DNA of 64,000 bases from Candidatus Falkowbacteria bacterium (lineage in GTDB: Bacteria > Patescibacteriota > Patescibacteriia > JAACEG01), in contig JABIDK010000005.1 in NCBI GenBank assembly GCA_018651725.1, positions 64,064-128,063 on the forward strand, in the 5' to 3' direction. The translations under genes were made by a program, and so were the position numbers. This document shows, in pieces, positions 9,362 through 16,517 of the stretch; position 1 is the stretch's first letter; every line of letters begins with the position of its first letter. The notes under the pieces were generated by a model, which did not search any database, was not told the DNA's origin, and was given only the letters and a program-made list of their open reading frames with translations.

Positions 9362-10063
9362 ATATAACAAGTTGTATCTAGCTACGCCAGTAAAATAAAA
9401 ATTAACTCTTTAATATGTTTTTAAAAATTTATCTTTACATTTTATTATCTTTGTTAATACTTTTTGTTTTACATTTTTTCTTTAAATGGCAAATTCGTAA
9501 AATTATGATGCGCTCAGTTGCCAATAAGCTTGGATTGAAATATATCCCCAAAACAACCAAACCTGCTAGCAAGGAAGAGCTGCAAGAGGTGCCAGACATA
9601 CTCACAGATTCAAGTGAAAAAATTAGAAATCTAATTGAGGGTATGTACAATGGAAAAAGTATAATAATATATGAAAGACAAGTCGTCTCAGGCGCCGGTC
9701 CATACACACAACAAGCCACAACAAAAATGTTAAATATAATTATTGACGACAATAAAATTCTTGTTATTAATTGCAGCGAAATCTTGTTTCCTCTGCCTGG
9801 CAAAATAATTAAATTCATTAACGATTATATTGAAAATGGCCAGCTGCCAAAAACTAAAAAAATGAACAGCGCTTTACTGTTGGTTATTTTGATATTCACA
9901 ATCTTGCCCACAATTATAATACTTGGAATAATAGCTTTAAAATTGGATGAAGCGTTATATTAAAGAGTTAATTTTTATTTTACTGGCTTCGCCCAAATTT
10001 TCAAAATGAATATTAATTACAATAAGAAATTTTGAAAACTTTAGATACAACTAAACGTTAGCT
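9362..10063 (+). other. attC-like site 5, expanded to 702 bp by a gene inserted in its first internal hairpin
   Basis: ATATAAC-A-AGTTGTATCTA-GCTAC-[31-bp arm-ORF-31-bp arm]-TTCGCCCAAA-hairpin-CTT-TAGATACAACT-AAAC-GTTAGCT; same grammar as the other sites. Confidence 0.8.
9415..9963 (+). CDS. Hypothetical membrane protein (N- and C-terminal TM helices); cassette 5
   Basis: 182-aa ORF with two hydrophobic segments. Confidence 0.75.
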   Translation: MFLKIYLYILLSLLILFVLHFFFKWQIRKIMMRSVANKLGLKYIPKTTKPASKEELQEVPDILTDSSEKIRNLIEGMYNGKSIIIYERQVVSGAGPYTQQATTKMLNIIIDDNKILVINCSEILFPLPGKIIKFINDYIENGQLPKTKKMNSALLLVILIFTILPTIIILGIIALKLDEALY

Positions 10064-10221
10064 GAAATATTCCTTTTCTTTTTCGGGCTATCGCCCTAAT
10101 TGTTTTAAAAAATTTTCAAATTTCTTTTTTATTAATTAAAGAGGGGAAATAAGGTGTTTTCTCCGCTCCGCTCCGAAAACGATTTATTTATAGGGGAAAA
10201 CGAATACAATACAAAACATCA

Positions 10222-11307
10222 ATGTCAAAAATTATGGCAAAATCTTCAAATTCAAATTTTCATAGAGCGGCCAAAGCAAAAAATGATGAGTTTTATACTC
10301 AGCTTATTGATATCGAAAAAGAACTGAAACATTACAAAGACCAATTTCGTAACAAAGTAGTCCACTGTAATTGCGATGATCCATTTGAGAGCAACTTTTT
10401 TAAATATTTTGCCGCCAATTTCAAAACGCTCGAATTAAAAAGACTTATTGCAACTAGCTATAAGCCGTCTCCGATCGCAAATACACAACTTAGTTTATTC
10501 GGTGATGATAAAACACTCAAGCCCAAAAAGGGTCGCCCAAAAGTGAATGCAAACAAGTTTATCATCAACGATGTTGGCGATCTGGATGGCGACGGCGCTT
10601 TTGATTTGAAAGACGTCGCGGAACAGCTAAAGGTAAACAAAAACAACGAGTGGTTGCCGCTTGAAGGTGAAGGAGATTTTAGAAGTCCAGAAAGCATAGA
10701 GTTGCTTAAGCAGGCGGATATTGTGGTAACCAACCCGCCGTTTTCGCTCTTTCGGGAATATGTAAATCAGCTAGTTGAGTATAAGAAGCAGTTCTTGATT
10801 ATCGGCAATGACAATGCGAGAACATACGTGAATATTTTTGAACTGATACAAAAAAATAAAATTTGGGCAGGATATGGAAAGGTAAAGGAATTTATACAGC
10901 CCGACGGATCAATAAAAGGATTTGGTAATGTCGGATGGTATACGAATCTTGATGTAGCGAAGCGACATGAATCCTTAACGCTCTATAAAAAATATTCCCC
11001 AAAAGAATATCCTAAGTACGCAAATTATGATGCAATAGAAGTTAGCAAGGTTACTGATATACCTATTGATTATGACGGCGAGATGGGTGTACCGATTTCA
11101 TTTCTAGATAAATACAACCCGGAACAATTTAAAATTGTTGGGTCAAGTAGTAATCTATCAGAACCCATCAAAACAAAAGATGGTTTAGTCTACCGATATA
11201 AAGACCGTAACGGATATATGCGTCAAGCGGCAAATGAACGTTTTGCTCTTCCCGACGGTGACACTTGGCGACGCATTTATGACAGAATTGTAATTAGAAA
11301 AAAATAA
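10222..11307 (+). CDS. Adenine-specific DNA methyltransferase, EcoRI-methylase-like family; cassette 6
   Basis: AKNDEFYTQ, CNCDDP and DIVVTNPPFSLFRE motifs. Confidence 0.88.
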   Translation: MSKIMAKSSNSNFHRAAKAKNDEFYTQLIDIEKELKHYKDQFRNKVVHCNCDDPFESNFFKYFAANFKTLELKRLIATSYKPSPIANTQLSLFGDDKTLKPKKGRPKVNANKFIINDVGDLDGDGAFDLKDVAEQLKVNKNNEWLPLEGEGDFRSPESIELLKQADIVVTNPPFSLFREYVNQLVEYKKQFLIIGNDNARTYVNIFELIQKNKIWAGYGKVKEFIQPDGSIKGFGNVGWYTNLDVAKRHESLTLYKKYSPKEYPKYANYDAIEVSKVTDIPIDYDGEMGVPISFLDKYNPEQFKIVGSSSNLSEPIKTKDGLVYRYKDRNGYMRQAANERFALPDGDTWRRIYDRIVIRKK

Positions 11308-11308
11308 T

Positions 11309-12439
11309 ATGAAAATTGAACTAAACAACATCAAAGTACGTGAAGTATTCAACGGATACAAAGATAGTGACGAGGAAGGCGTTGTCGCATATGACGGTAA
11401 TCTTGATATTCGTCCAAAATACCAGCGCGAATTCGTGTATAAGCCAGAACAACGCAATCAAGTTATTAAAACTATTCTGCGTGGCTATCCAGACAGCGAC
11501 GCATATTTCCCACTTAATACAATGTACTGGCTTAAGACTGATGATAATCATTTTGAGATTATTGATGGTCAACAGCGTACGCTCTCAATCTGTCAATATA
11601 TAAATGGTGATTTCAGTATTGATGAGAAATACTTTCATAGCTTGAACAAAACGGAACAGGAGTATATTTTGGAATATCCCTTGCAAGTGTATATCTGCAC
11701 AGGAAGCGATAAAGAGCGGCTTGAATGGTTTGAAGTAATCAACACTGCTGGCGAAGTTTTAACACCTCAAGAACTACGCAACGCAAACTATACTGGCGAG
11801 TGGCTCACCGACGCAAAGCGATGGTTTTCTAAAAGTGGCGCACCTGCGTATCAAATTGGTCAAGATTATGTCAAAGGCTCACCTATCCGCCAAGAATTTT
11901 TGGAAAAGGTATTAAAATGGATATCTGCACGCGACTACGGTGAAGAAAATCCTGCTGAGTACATGTCTAAACATCAGCATGATAAAAATGCCAACGAATT
12001 GTGGGAGTACTTTCAGGGCGTAATTGAATGGGTGCAAGAAACATTCCCGAATTACCGCAAAGAAATGGCAAGTGTAAACTGGGGCGAGTTATACAATCAA
12101 TTCAAAGACAAAAAACTAAACGCAGAAAAACTTGAGGAAGAAATCTCAAAATTGATGCAAGACGAAGATGTCAGCAGCAAGCCTGGTATTTATCCTTATG
12201 CACTCACGAGACAAGAAAAATACCTATCTATCCGCGCATTTAATGACAAAATGAAGCGCGAGGCGTACGAGAAGCAAAAAGGAATTTGCCCGCTATGTAA
12301 AGCCAAAGATAAAAAACGCTTAGATATTTCTGACATGGAAGCCGACCATATCACCCCTTGGCATGAAGGAGGCAAAACTGTTTCAGAAAATTGCCAAATG
12401 CTGTGCAAACAATGCAATAGAACTAAATCTGGAAAATAA
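11309..12439 (+). CDS. DUF262 (GmrSD-like N-terminal domain) + HNH endonuclease; cassette 6
   Basis: RPKYQREFVY and IIDGQQR (DUF262); C-terminal CPLC...EADHITPWHEGGKT...NCQMLCKQCN (HNH). Confidence 0.9.
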   Translation: MKIELNNIKVREVFNGYKDSDEEGVVAYDGNLDIRPKYQREFVYKPEQRNQVIKTILRGYPDSDAYFPLNTMYWLKTDDNHFEIIDGQQRTLSICQYINGDFSIDEKYFHSLNKTEQEYILEYPLQVYICTGSDKERLEWFEVINTAGEVLTPQELRNANYTGEWLTDAKRWFSKSGAPAYQIGQDYVKGSPIRQEFLEKVLKWISARDYGEENPAEYMSKHQHDKNANELWEYFQGVIEWVQETFPNYRKEMASVNWGELYNQFKDKKLNAEKLEEEISKLMQDEDVSSKPGIYPYALTRQEKYLSIRAFNDKMKREAYEKQKGICPLCKAKDKKRLDISDMEADHITPWHEGGKTVSENCQMLCKQCNRTKSGK

Positions 12440-12454
12440 AAATTAAAGACAATT

Positions 12455-12622
12455 ATGAATAGTTTGCTTGCAGAAATAAATAATGAAATCACGCCTGAAC
12501 AGAAAAAAATTTCTGAGGCTATTGATATTAAAAAATCAGAAGAAGAGATAATTTCCGATTTAATAGAAAATGATATTGTTTCTTTTGACCTTAAGGAAAA
12601 AACGGATGATCAAAAAACTTAA
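12455..12622 (+). CDS. Small acidic hypothetical protein (55 aa), not in ORF track
   Basis: MNSLLAEINNEITPEQKKISEAIDIKKSEEEIISDLIENDIVSFDLKEKTDDQKT fills the gap between the HNH gene and the ATPase and overlaps the next ATG. Confidence 0.55.
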   Translation: MNSLLAEINNEITPEQKKISEAIDIKKSEEEIISDLIENDIVSFDLKEKTDDQKT

Positions 12623-14978
12623 AACAATCAATAATATTTTTTCCTATTCCTTTTTCGAGTGGGATACCATTAACCCTGTTAAGGGGGTTAACCCCAATGA
12701 TCCGATAGATATTTTTAAAAAGAATAATATTCTTTTTGCAGAAAATGGGAATGGAAAAACAAATCTGATTAATCTTCTCAAGGTGTTGAATGGTGTTGAT
12801 TCAATTAAACTTGAAAAACACTGGGATTACCCCACGGAAAATCAAAATGTTGTTTTGGAGCTTGATAATGAACTATCCTTTAATTCTGGAAATTGGAGCG
12901 AAATAAATGGATCGTTACAAGATAAGTTTGTTATCTTTGATAAGTATTTTACGGAAAAATATGTTCATTCCGTGGGATTAGATCATCACAATACAGCACA
13001 GAGAAAACAGGAAAGAGGCAAGCACATTATTTACCTGGGGAATTTTACTGAATATAATCAAGAAATAAATAAAATTAATAGACTTAAAAATGAAGTAAGC
13101 GAAAAAAACAGTGCATTTTGGACTGCTGAACAAGATAAAATAAGCAACATACTTCCTGAGTGGCTAGACATTACCAAGATTGATAGTGAGAAAAATATTA
13201 TAAAAAACATTGACCCCTTAAGTCTTTCTAGCAAGCAACAGACATTGGAAAATCAAAAAAAGAATCTTGAAAAAGTCATAAACGCCATTAAAAATCAATC
13301 CGAAATAGAGAAACTAAAAAACTTAGATGATATAAAAACGGTTTTTGATTTTAAAATTAAAGAATTTGATAAGAACGGTAAAAAAACGGTTTATCAACTT
13401 GACCCCGCCAAATTATTTAATTTTACCGTTTCCAAGGGCGTTAAGCAGACTTTATCGAAAATAAGCAATAAAAAGTCTTTTATCAAAACAGGATTGAACT
13501 TGGTTGACGATACTACGGAAGATTGCCCATTCTGCGAACAGAAAATTAAAAATGGCGAACTTATTCAAATTGTAAAAGATTACCAAAATATTTTTGATCA
13601 AACATTTTTAGATGAGGAAAGTAAAGTAAAAAACCGCTTACAGAAATATAAGACTGTTTTATCAAGTTTGAAAGATCTTCAGTCAATATCTTCTAATGTT
13701 ACAAGTTTACAGGAAGCTCAAAAATATGTAGGTGTTGATATTTCAATCCCAAATTGTTCTTTGGGCGAGGAAGACAAAAAAATAATTGAGTTAGAAATTC
13801 AACGCGTTATTGATAAAGAAAAAAATATTTTAAATCCGGTAACTGGTAGTACATTTGAACAAATCAAGAATATGGTTGATAGGGCAAATGCTTTAAAAAA
13901 GAGCTACAACAACGCTGTAGATAAAATAAACGAAAAAATAAATGAGCTTAAAAAGGTTGCAAGCGAAGGCAAGCTTGATGAAAGAAAAACAGAGATTGAA
14001 AATACAATCAGAGAGTTAGAAAAAAGCATCCTATATATTAATCATCAGAAAGATTTTTTGCGATATTTTAATGCCAAAAATCATAATAACCAAAATAAAA
14101 AAGTTATTGAGAATCTTGAAGCAATCTATCAAAAACTTAAAGAAAAAATAGTTGAAAAATTTAACAAGTTCGCAAATGAATATTTTGAGTTGATAAAGCA
14201 TTATGTAAAAATAATAAGCCCATCAATGGAAATATTTGATGTTTTAGGGAAAGGCACATACTCAAGAACCGGTCGTGAGCCTGCGCAATGCGGTTTTGAA
14301 GTTCAATACAACAAAAAGGATTGTACAAATGATCTTAGCGAAGGCGAAAGACAAGTTATCGCGCTTGCATTTTTCTTTGCTCAATTAAAAAAAGAGATAA
14401 GCAAAGATAAAATAATAATTTTAGATGACCCTATTACATCGTTTGACGCTGGAAAAAGAAAATCTACTGCAGAAGTAATTAAATCCGAGACGCAGAAATT
14501 CGATCAGTTATTCGTGTTTACTTGCGACCCTCTTTTTCGTGAGTTTTGCTTGAAAGAAATTCCAAATAGAAATTTTTACTATATTTTTATTACAAAAAAA
14601 TCTTCATCAATACATTATGTCCCCAAAAATCGAGAAACAATATATCAATCATTTGAGGAAGATTTTAAGAACATCGGAAATATCAATGGTTCAAATGAAA
14701 ATGTTGTTATTTACGGACAAAAGTTAAGGTTTTGTTTGGAAACGAAAATCAAGGAGGACTATTTTGGTTATTCACAAGATAATCTTTCAAATATGATTGA
14801 GCAGGTGGTAGAAAAAGGTAATCAAAAATTCAAAAACCTTATCGACAATAAGGAAACAATTTTGAATTTATATAATTATTGCAATACTGGCGGATTGGCA
14901 CATTACCCAAAAGACGGTTCAACAAGTTGGAACGAATTAAACAGCAAAGTACAAGAGTATTTAAATTTAAATTTATAA
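12606..14978 (+). CDS. RloC-like (AAA_13) ABC/SMC-type ATPase with zinc hook and probable C-terminal HEPN-like nuclease; cassette 6
   Basis: Walker A AENGNGKT, coiled coil with CPFC, signature LSEGERQ, Walker B ILDDPITSFD, C-terminal LRFCLE...NTGGLAH. Likely start is MIKKL at 12606. Confidence 0.75.
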   Translation: MIKKLKTINNIFSYSFFEWDTINPVKGVNPNDPIDIFKKNNILFAENGNGKTNLINLLKVLNGVDSIKLEKHWDYPTENQNVVLELDNELSFNSGNWSEINGSLQDKFVIFDKYFTEKYVHSVGLDHHNTAQRKQERGKHIIYLGNFTEYNQEINKINRLKNEVSEKNSAFWTAEQDKISNILPEWLDITKIDSEKNIIKNIDPLSLSSKQQTLENQKKNLEKVINAIKNQSEIEKLKNLDDIKTVFDFKIKEFDKNGKKTVYQLDPAKLFNFTVSKGVKQTLSKISNKKSFIKTGLNLVDDTTEDCPFCEQKIKNGELIQIVKDYQNIFDQTFLDEESKVKNRLQKYKTVLSSLKDLQSISSNVTSLQEAQKYVGVDISIPNCSLGEEDKKIIELEIQRVIDKEKNILNPVTGSTFEQIKNMVDRANALKKSYNNAVDKINEKINELKKVASEGKLDERKTEIENTIRELEKSILYINHQKDFLRYFNAKNHNNQNKKVIENLEAIYQKLKEKIVEKFNKFANEYFELIKHYVKIISPSMEIFDVLGKGTYSRTGREPAQCGFEVQYNKKDCTNDLSEGERQVIALAFFFAQLKKEISKDKIIILDDPITSFDAGKRKSTAEVIKSETQKFDQLFVFTCDPLFREFCLKEIPNRNFYYIFITKKSSSIHYVPKNRETIYQSFEEDFKNIGNINGSNENVVIYGQKLRFCLETKIKEDYFGYSQDNLSNMIEQVVEKGNQKFKNLIDNKETILNLYNYCNTGGLAHYPKDGSTSWNELNSKVQEYLNLNL

Positions 14979-14984
14979 TAATGA

Positions 14985-15041
14985 GTTTAAGGGCAAGGGG
15001 AATTCACCCCTTTAATTCCCCTCTTCCCCTTGCCCTTAAAC
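14985..15041. repeat. Conserved cassette 3' hairpin, copy 4
   Basis: Stem GTTTAAGGGCAAGGGGAA / TTCCCCTTGCCCTTAAAC with the identical 21-nt loop. Confidence 0.9.
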
Positions 15042-15109
15042 AGAAAAAGAAATTTGAAAATTTTTTAAAACAAGTTTTCTTTCAGAAAACAAAAGAAAAG
15101 GAATACATC

Positions 15110-15246
15110 AGCTAACAGCGTATAACAGGCTACGGCTTCCCTATCGGTAAGCCTCCGCCCAAATTTTAAATTATTTCTTTGTTGTTGCTCCGCAAAATTA
15201 TAACAAAGAAATAATTTAAAACTTCTGTTATACGCATATGTTGTCC
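15110..15246 (+). other. attC-like site 6
   Basis: AGCTAAC-A-GCGTATAACAG ... CTGTTATACGC-ATAT-GTTGTCC. Confidence 0.88.
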
Positions 15247-15275
15247 AAAATGCCTTCGCTCCACTGCGTCATTTC

Positions 15276-15365
15276 GGACAACAGTGGTTATCTGAAATTT
15301 CCTTCCGCCAAAACCCCTTCGGGGATTGGCTTCAGAAAACTTCAGATAACCGCGAGGCGTTATAC
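15276..15365 (+). other. attC-like site 7 (closes an ORF-less 119-bp cassette, 15241-15359)
   Basis: GGACAAC-A-GTGGTTATCTGAA ... TTCAGATAACCGC-GAGGC-GTTATAC. Confidence 0.82.
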
Positions 15366-15405
15366 AAAATAATAAAATTAATCTTATTAACTTAACATAA
15401 AACAT

Positions 15406-15939
15406 ATGAAAAAAACATTTTTTTTAACTATAGTTATAAGTTTATTGTTAAGCGGTTGTACGCTTTCTGTAGAACAAGAATCAGTTAATGTTGATAAAGA
15501 AAATATCATTAATAATGAACCGGTCCCTGGAAACGAACAGCCTTTGGAAAAGAAAACACAAACCAAAGATAGCTTAAATTTAAGCAATCAAAATTTGCAA
15601 AAAATCCCGGAGTATGTTTTTGGCAGAACAAATTTGGAAGAGCTTAATGTTTCCGGTAACAAACTTACAGGGGCGATTCAGGCTGAAATTAGACATTTGC
15701 AAAAACTTAAAATTCTTAATGCTAGTAATAATTTTATGACCGGTGTTCCAGCTGAAATTGGTCAGTTACAAAATTTGGAAATATTAAATTTATCAAACAA
15801 CCAACTCACCGGCTTACCGTACGAGCTTGGTAATTTAAAAAATTTAAAAATATTTAACATCTCCGGTAACAATTATTCTGAACTTGATTTAAGCATTATA
15901 CAGGAGAAACTTCCCAAAAACGTAAATATTATTAAATAA
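15406..15939 (+). CDS. Leucine-rich-repeat lipoprotein
   Basis: Lipobox LLSGC; repeats such as LEILNLSNNQLTGLPYELGNL. Confidence 0.9.
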   Translation: MKKTFFLTIVISLLLSGCTLSVEQESVNVDKENIINNEPVPGNEQPLEKKTQTKDSLNLSNQNLQKIPEYVFGRTNLEELNVSGNKLTGAIQAEIRHLQKLKILNASNNFMTGVPAEIGQLQNLEILNLSNNQLTGLPYELGNLKNLKIFNISGNNYSELDLSIIQEKLPKNVNIIK

Positions 15940-15999
15940 TTTATAATTAAATCAATTGAAGTAATCAAATAAACAAGTAATGATGAAGTTAAAAACGAA

Positions 16000-16031
16000 A
16001 AAAGCCGATGGCTAATAAATCATCGGCTTTT
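16000..16031. terminator. Bidirectional intrinsic terminator
   Basis: AAAAGCCGATG-loop-CATCGGCTTTT between convergent genes. Confidence 0.7.
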
Positions 16032-16057
16032 GGTTATTTTCTTTTCTTTGGGCCTTG

Positions 16058-16351
16058 TTATTTTTGTGAGTAAAAAACAAGAGCTGTTTCTACTATTGGT
16101 TTAACAGGATATTCTCTGTCAGATCTTTCTTTTGACCAGTCTTCCATAGTGCCCCAGGTTTGCTCACATATTCCGTCGCATGCAAAAGGAGTGTTTACTT
16201 CGGTTAAATACCCCTCCCCACCGTGAAAAGTTGCTACATAAGGAACGTGTATTCCCAGATTTACAAAACAAGCAATCATCTTGTAAGAACCTCTTCCTAC
16301 CTGGCTGGAGTCTTGTTTAAAAATAAACACTGGAATTTTATTAACACTCAT
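16058..16351 (-). CDS. Hypothetical protein (97 aa)
   Basis: ORF with a strong AAGGAGG RBS upstream on the minus strand. Confidence 0.6.
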   Translation of the reverse strand: MSVNKIPVFIFKQDSSQVGRGSYKMIACFVNLGIHVPYVATFHGGEGYLTEVNTPFACDGICEQTWGTMEDWSKERSDREYPVKPIVETALVFYSQK

Positions 16352-16465
16352 TTTTTCCTCCTTAATTTAAGGTGCTGTTATAGATAAAAGTTTATTAATA
16401 CATAACATAGTTTTAGATTATAGTCAAGTATGAATAATAATTCTTATCTAAAGATCACCCTAACT

Positions 16466-16493
16466 AAAACACGACCCTTAAGGGTCGTGTTTT
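16466..16493. terminator. Intrinsic terminator
   Basis: AAAACACGACCC-TTAA-GGGTCGTGTTTT downstream of 16518..17210(-). Confidence 0.7.
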
Positions 16494-16517
16494 TTTGAAA
16501 AAATTTTTTCGAAAAAT

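Larger units (their letters stand above)
1..15365 (+). mobile_element. Integron-like gene cassette array (7 attC-like sites; no integrase/attI in window, array continues upstream)
   Basis: Co-oriented unrelated genes are separated by palindromic sites that begin RYYYAAC and end GTTRRRY. The core site starting each cassette is complementary to the inverse core site ending the same cassette: GTTGTAC 3004/GTACAAC 4157, GTTATCT 4326/AGATAAC 9244, GTTATAT 9331/ATATAAC 9362, GTTAGCT 10057/AGCTAAC 15110, GTTGTCC 15240/GGACAAC 15276. Confidence 0.88.

Noticed and set aside
9954-9960. GTTATAT at the end of the cassette 5 ORF as an alternative core site
   Set aside because: No L-type stem arm precedes it. 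The full stem closes at 10042-10063.
1196-15041. G-quadruplex on the bottom strand of the conserved hairpin
   Set aside because: Four G-tracts are present only in copies 1 and 4. Copies 2 and 3 lose them while keeping the stem, so G4 is not the conserved feature.
14879-15115. 78-aa ORF (…MSLRARGIHPFNSPLPL…) ending in the TAA of the inverse core site
   Set aside because: It simply reads through the conserved hairpin. The equivalent frame in copy 1 has no ATG and stops early.
1191-15365. CRISPR array or simple Rho-independent terminators as the explanation for the intergenic repeats
   Set aside because: The repeats are separated by whole genes, the stems covary, the loops are long and conserved, and no cas genes are present. 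The attC grammar fits better.
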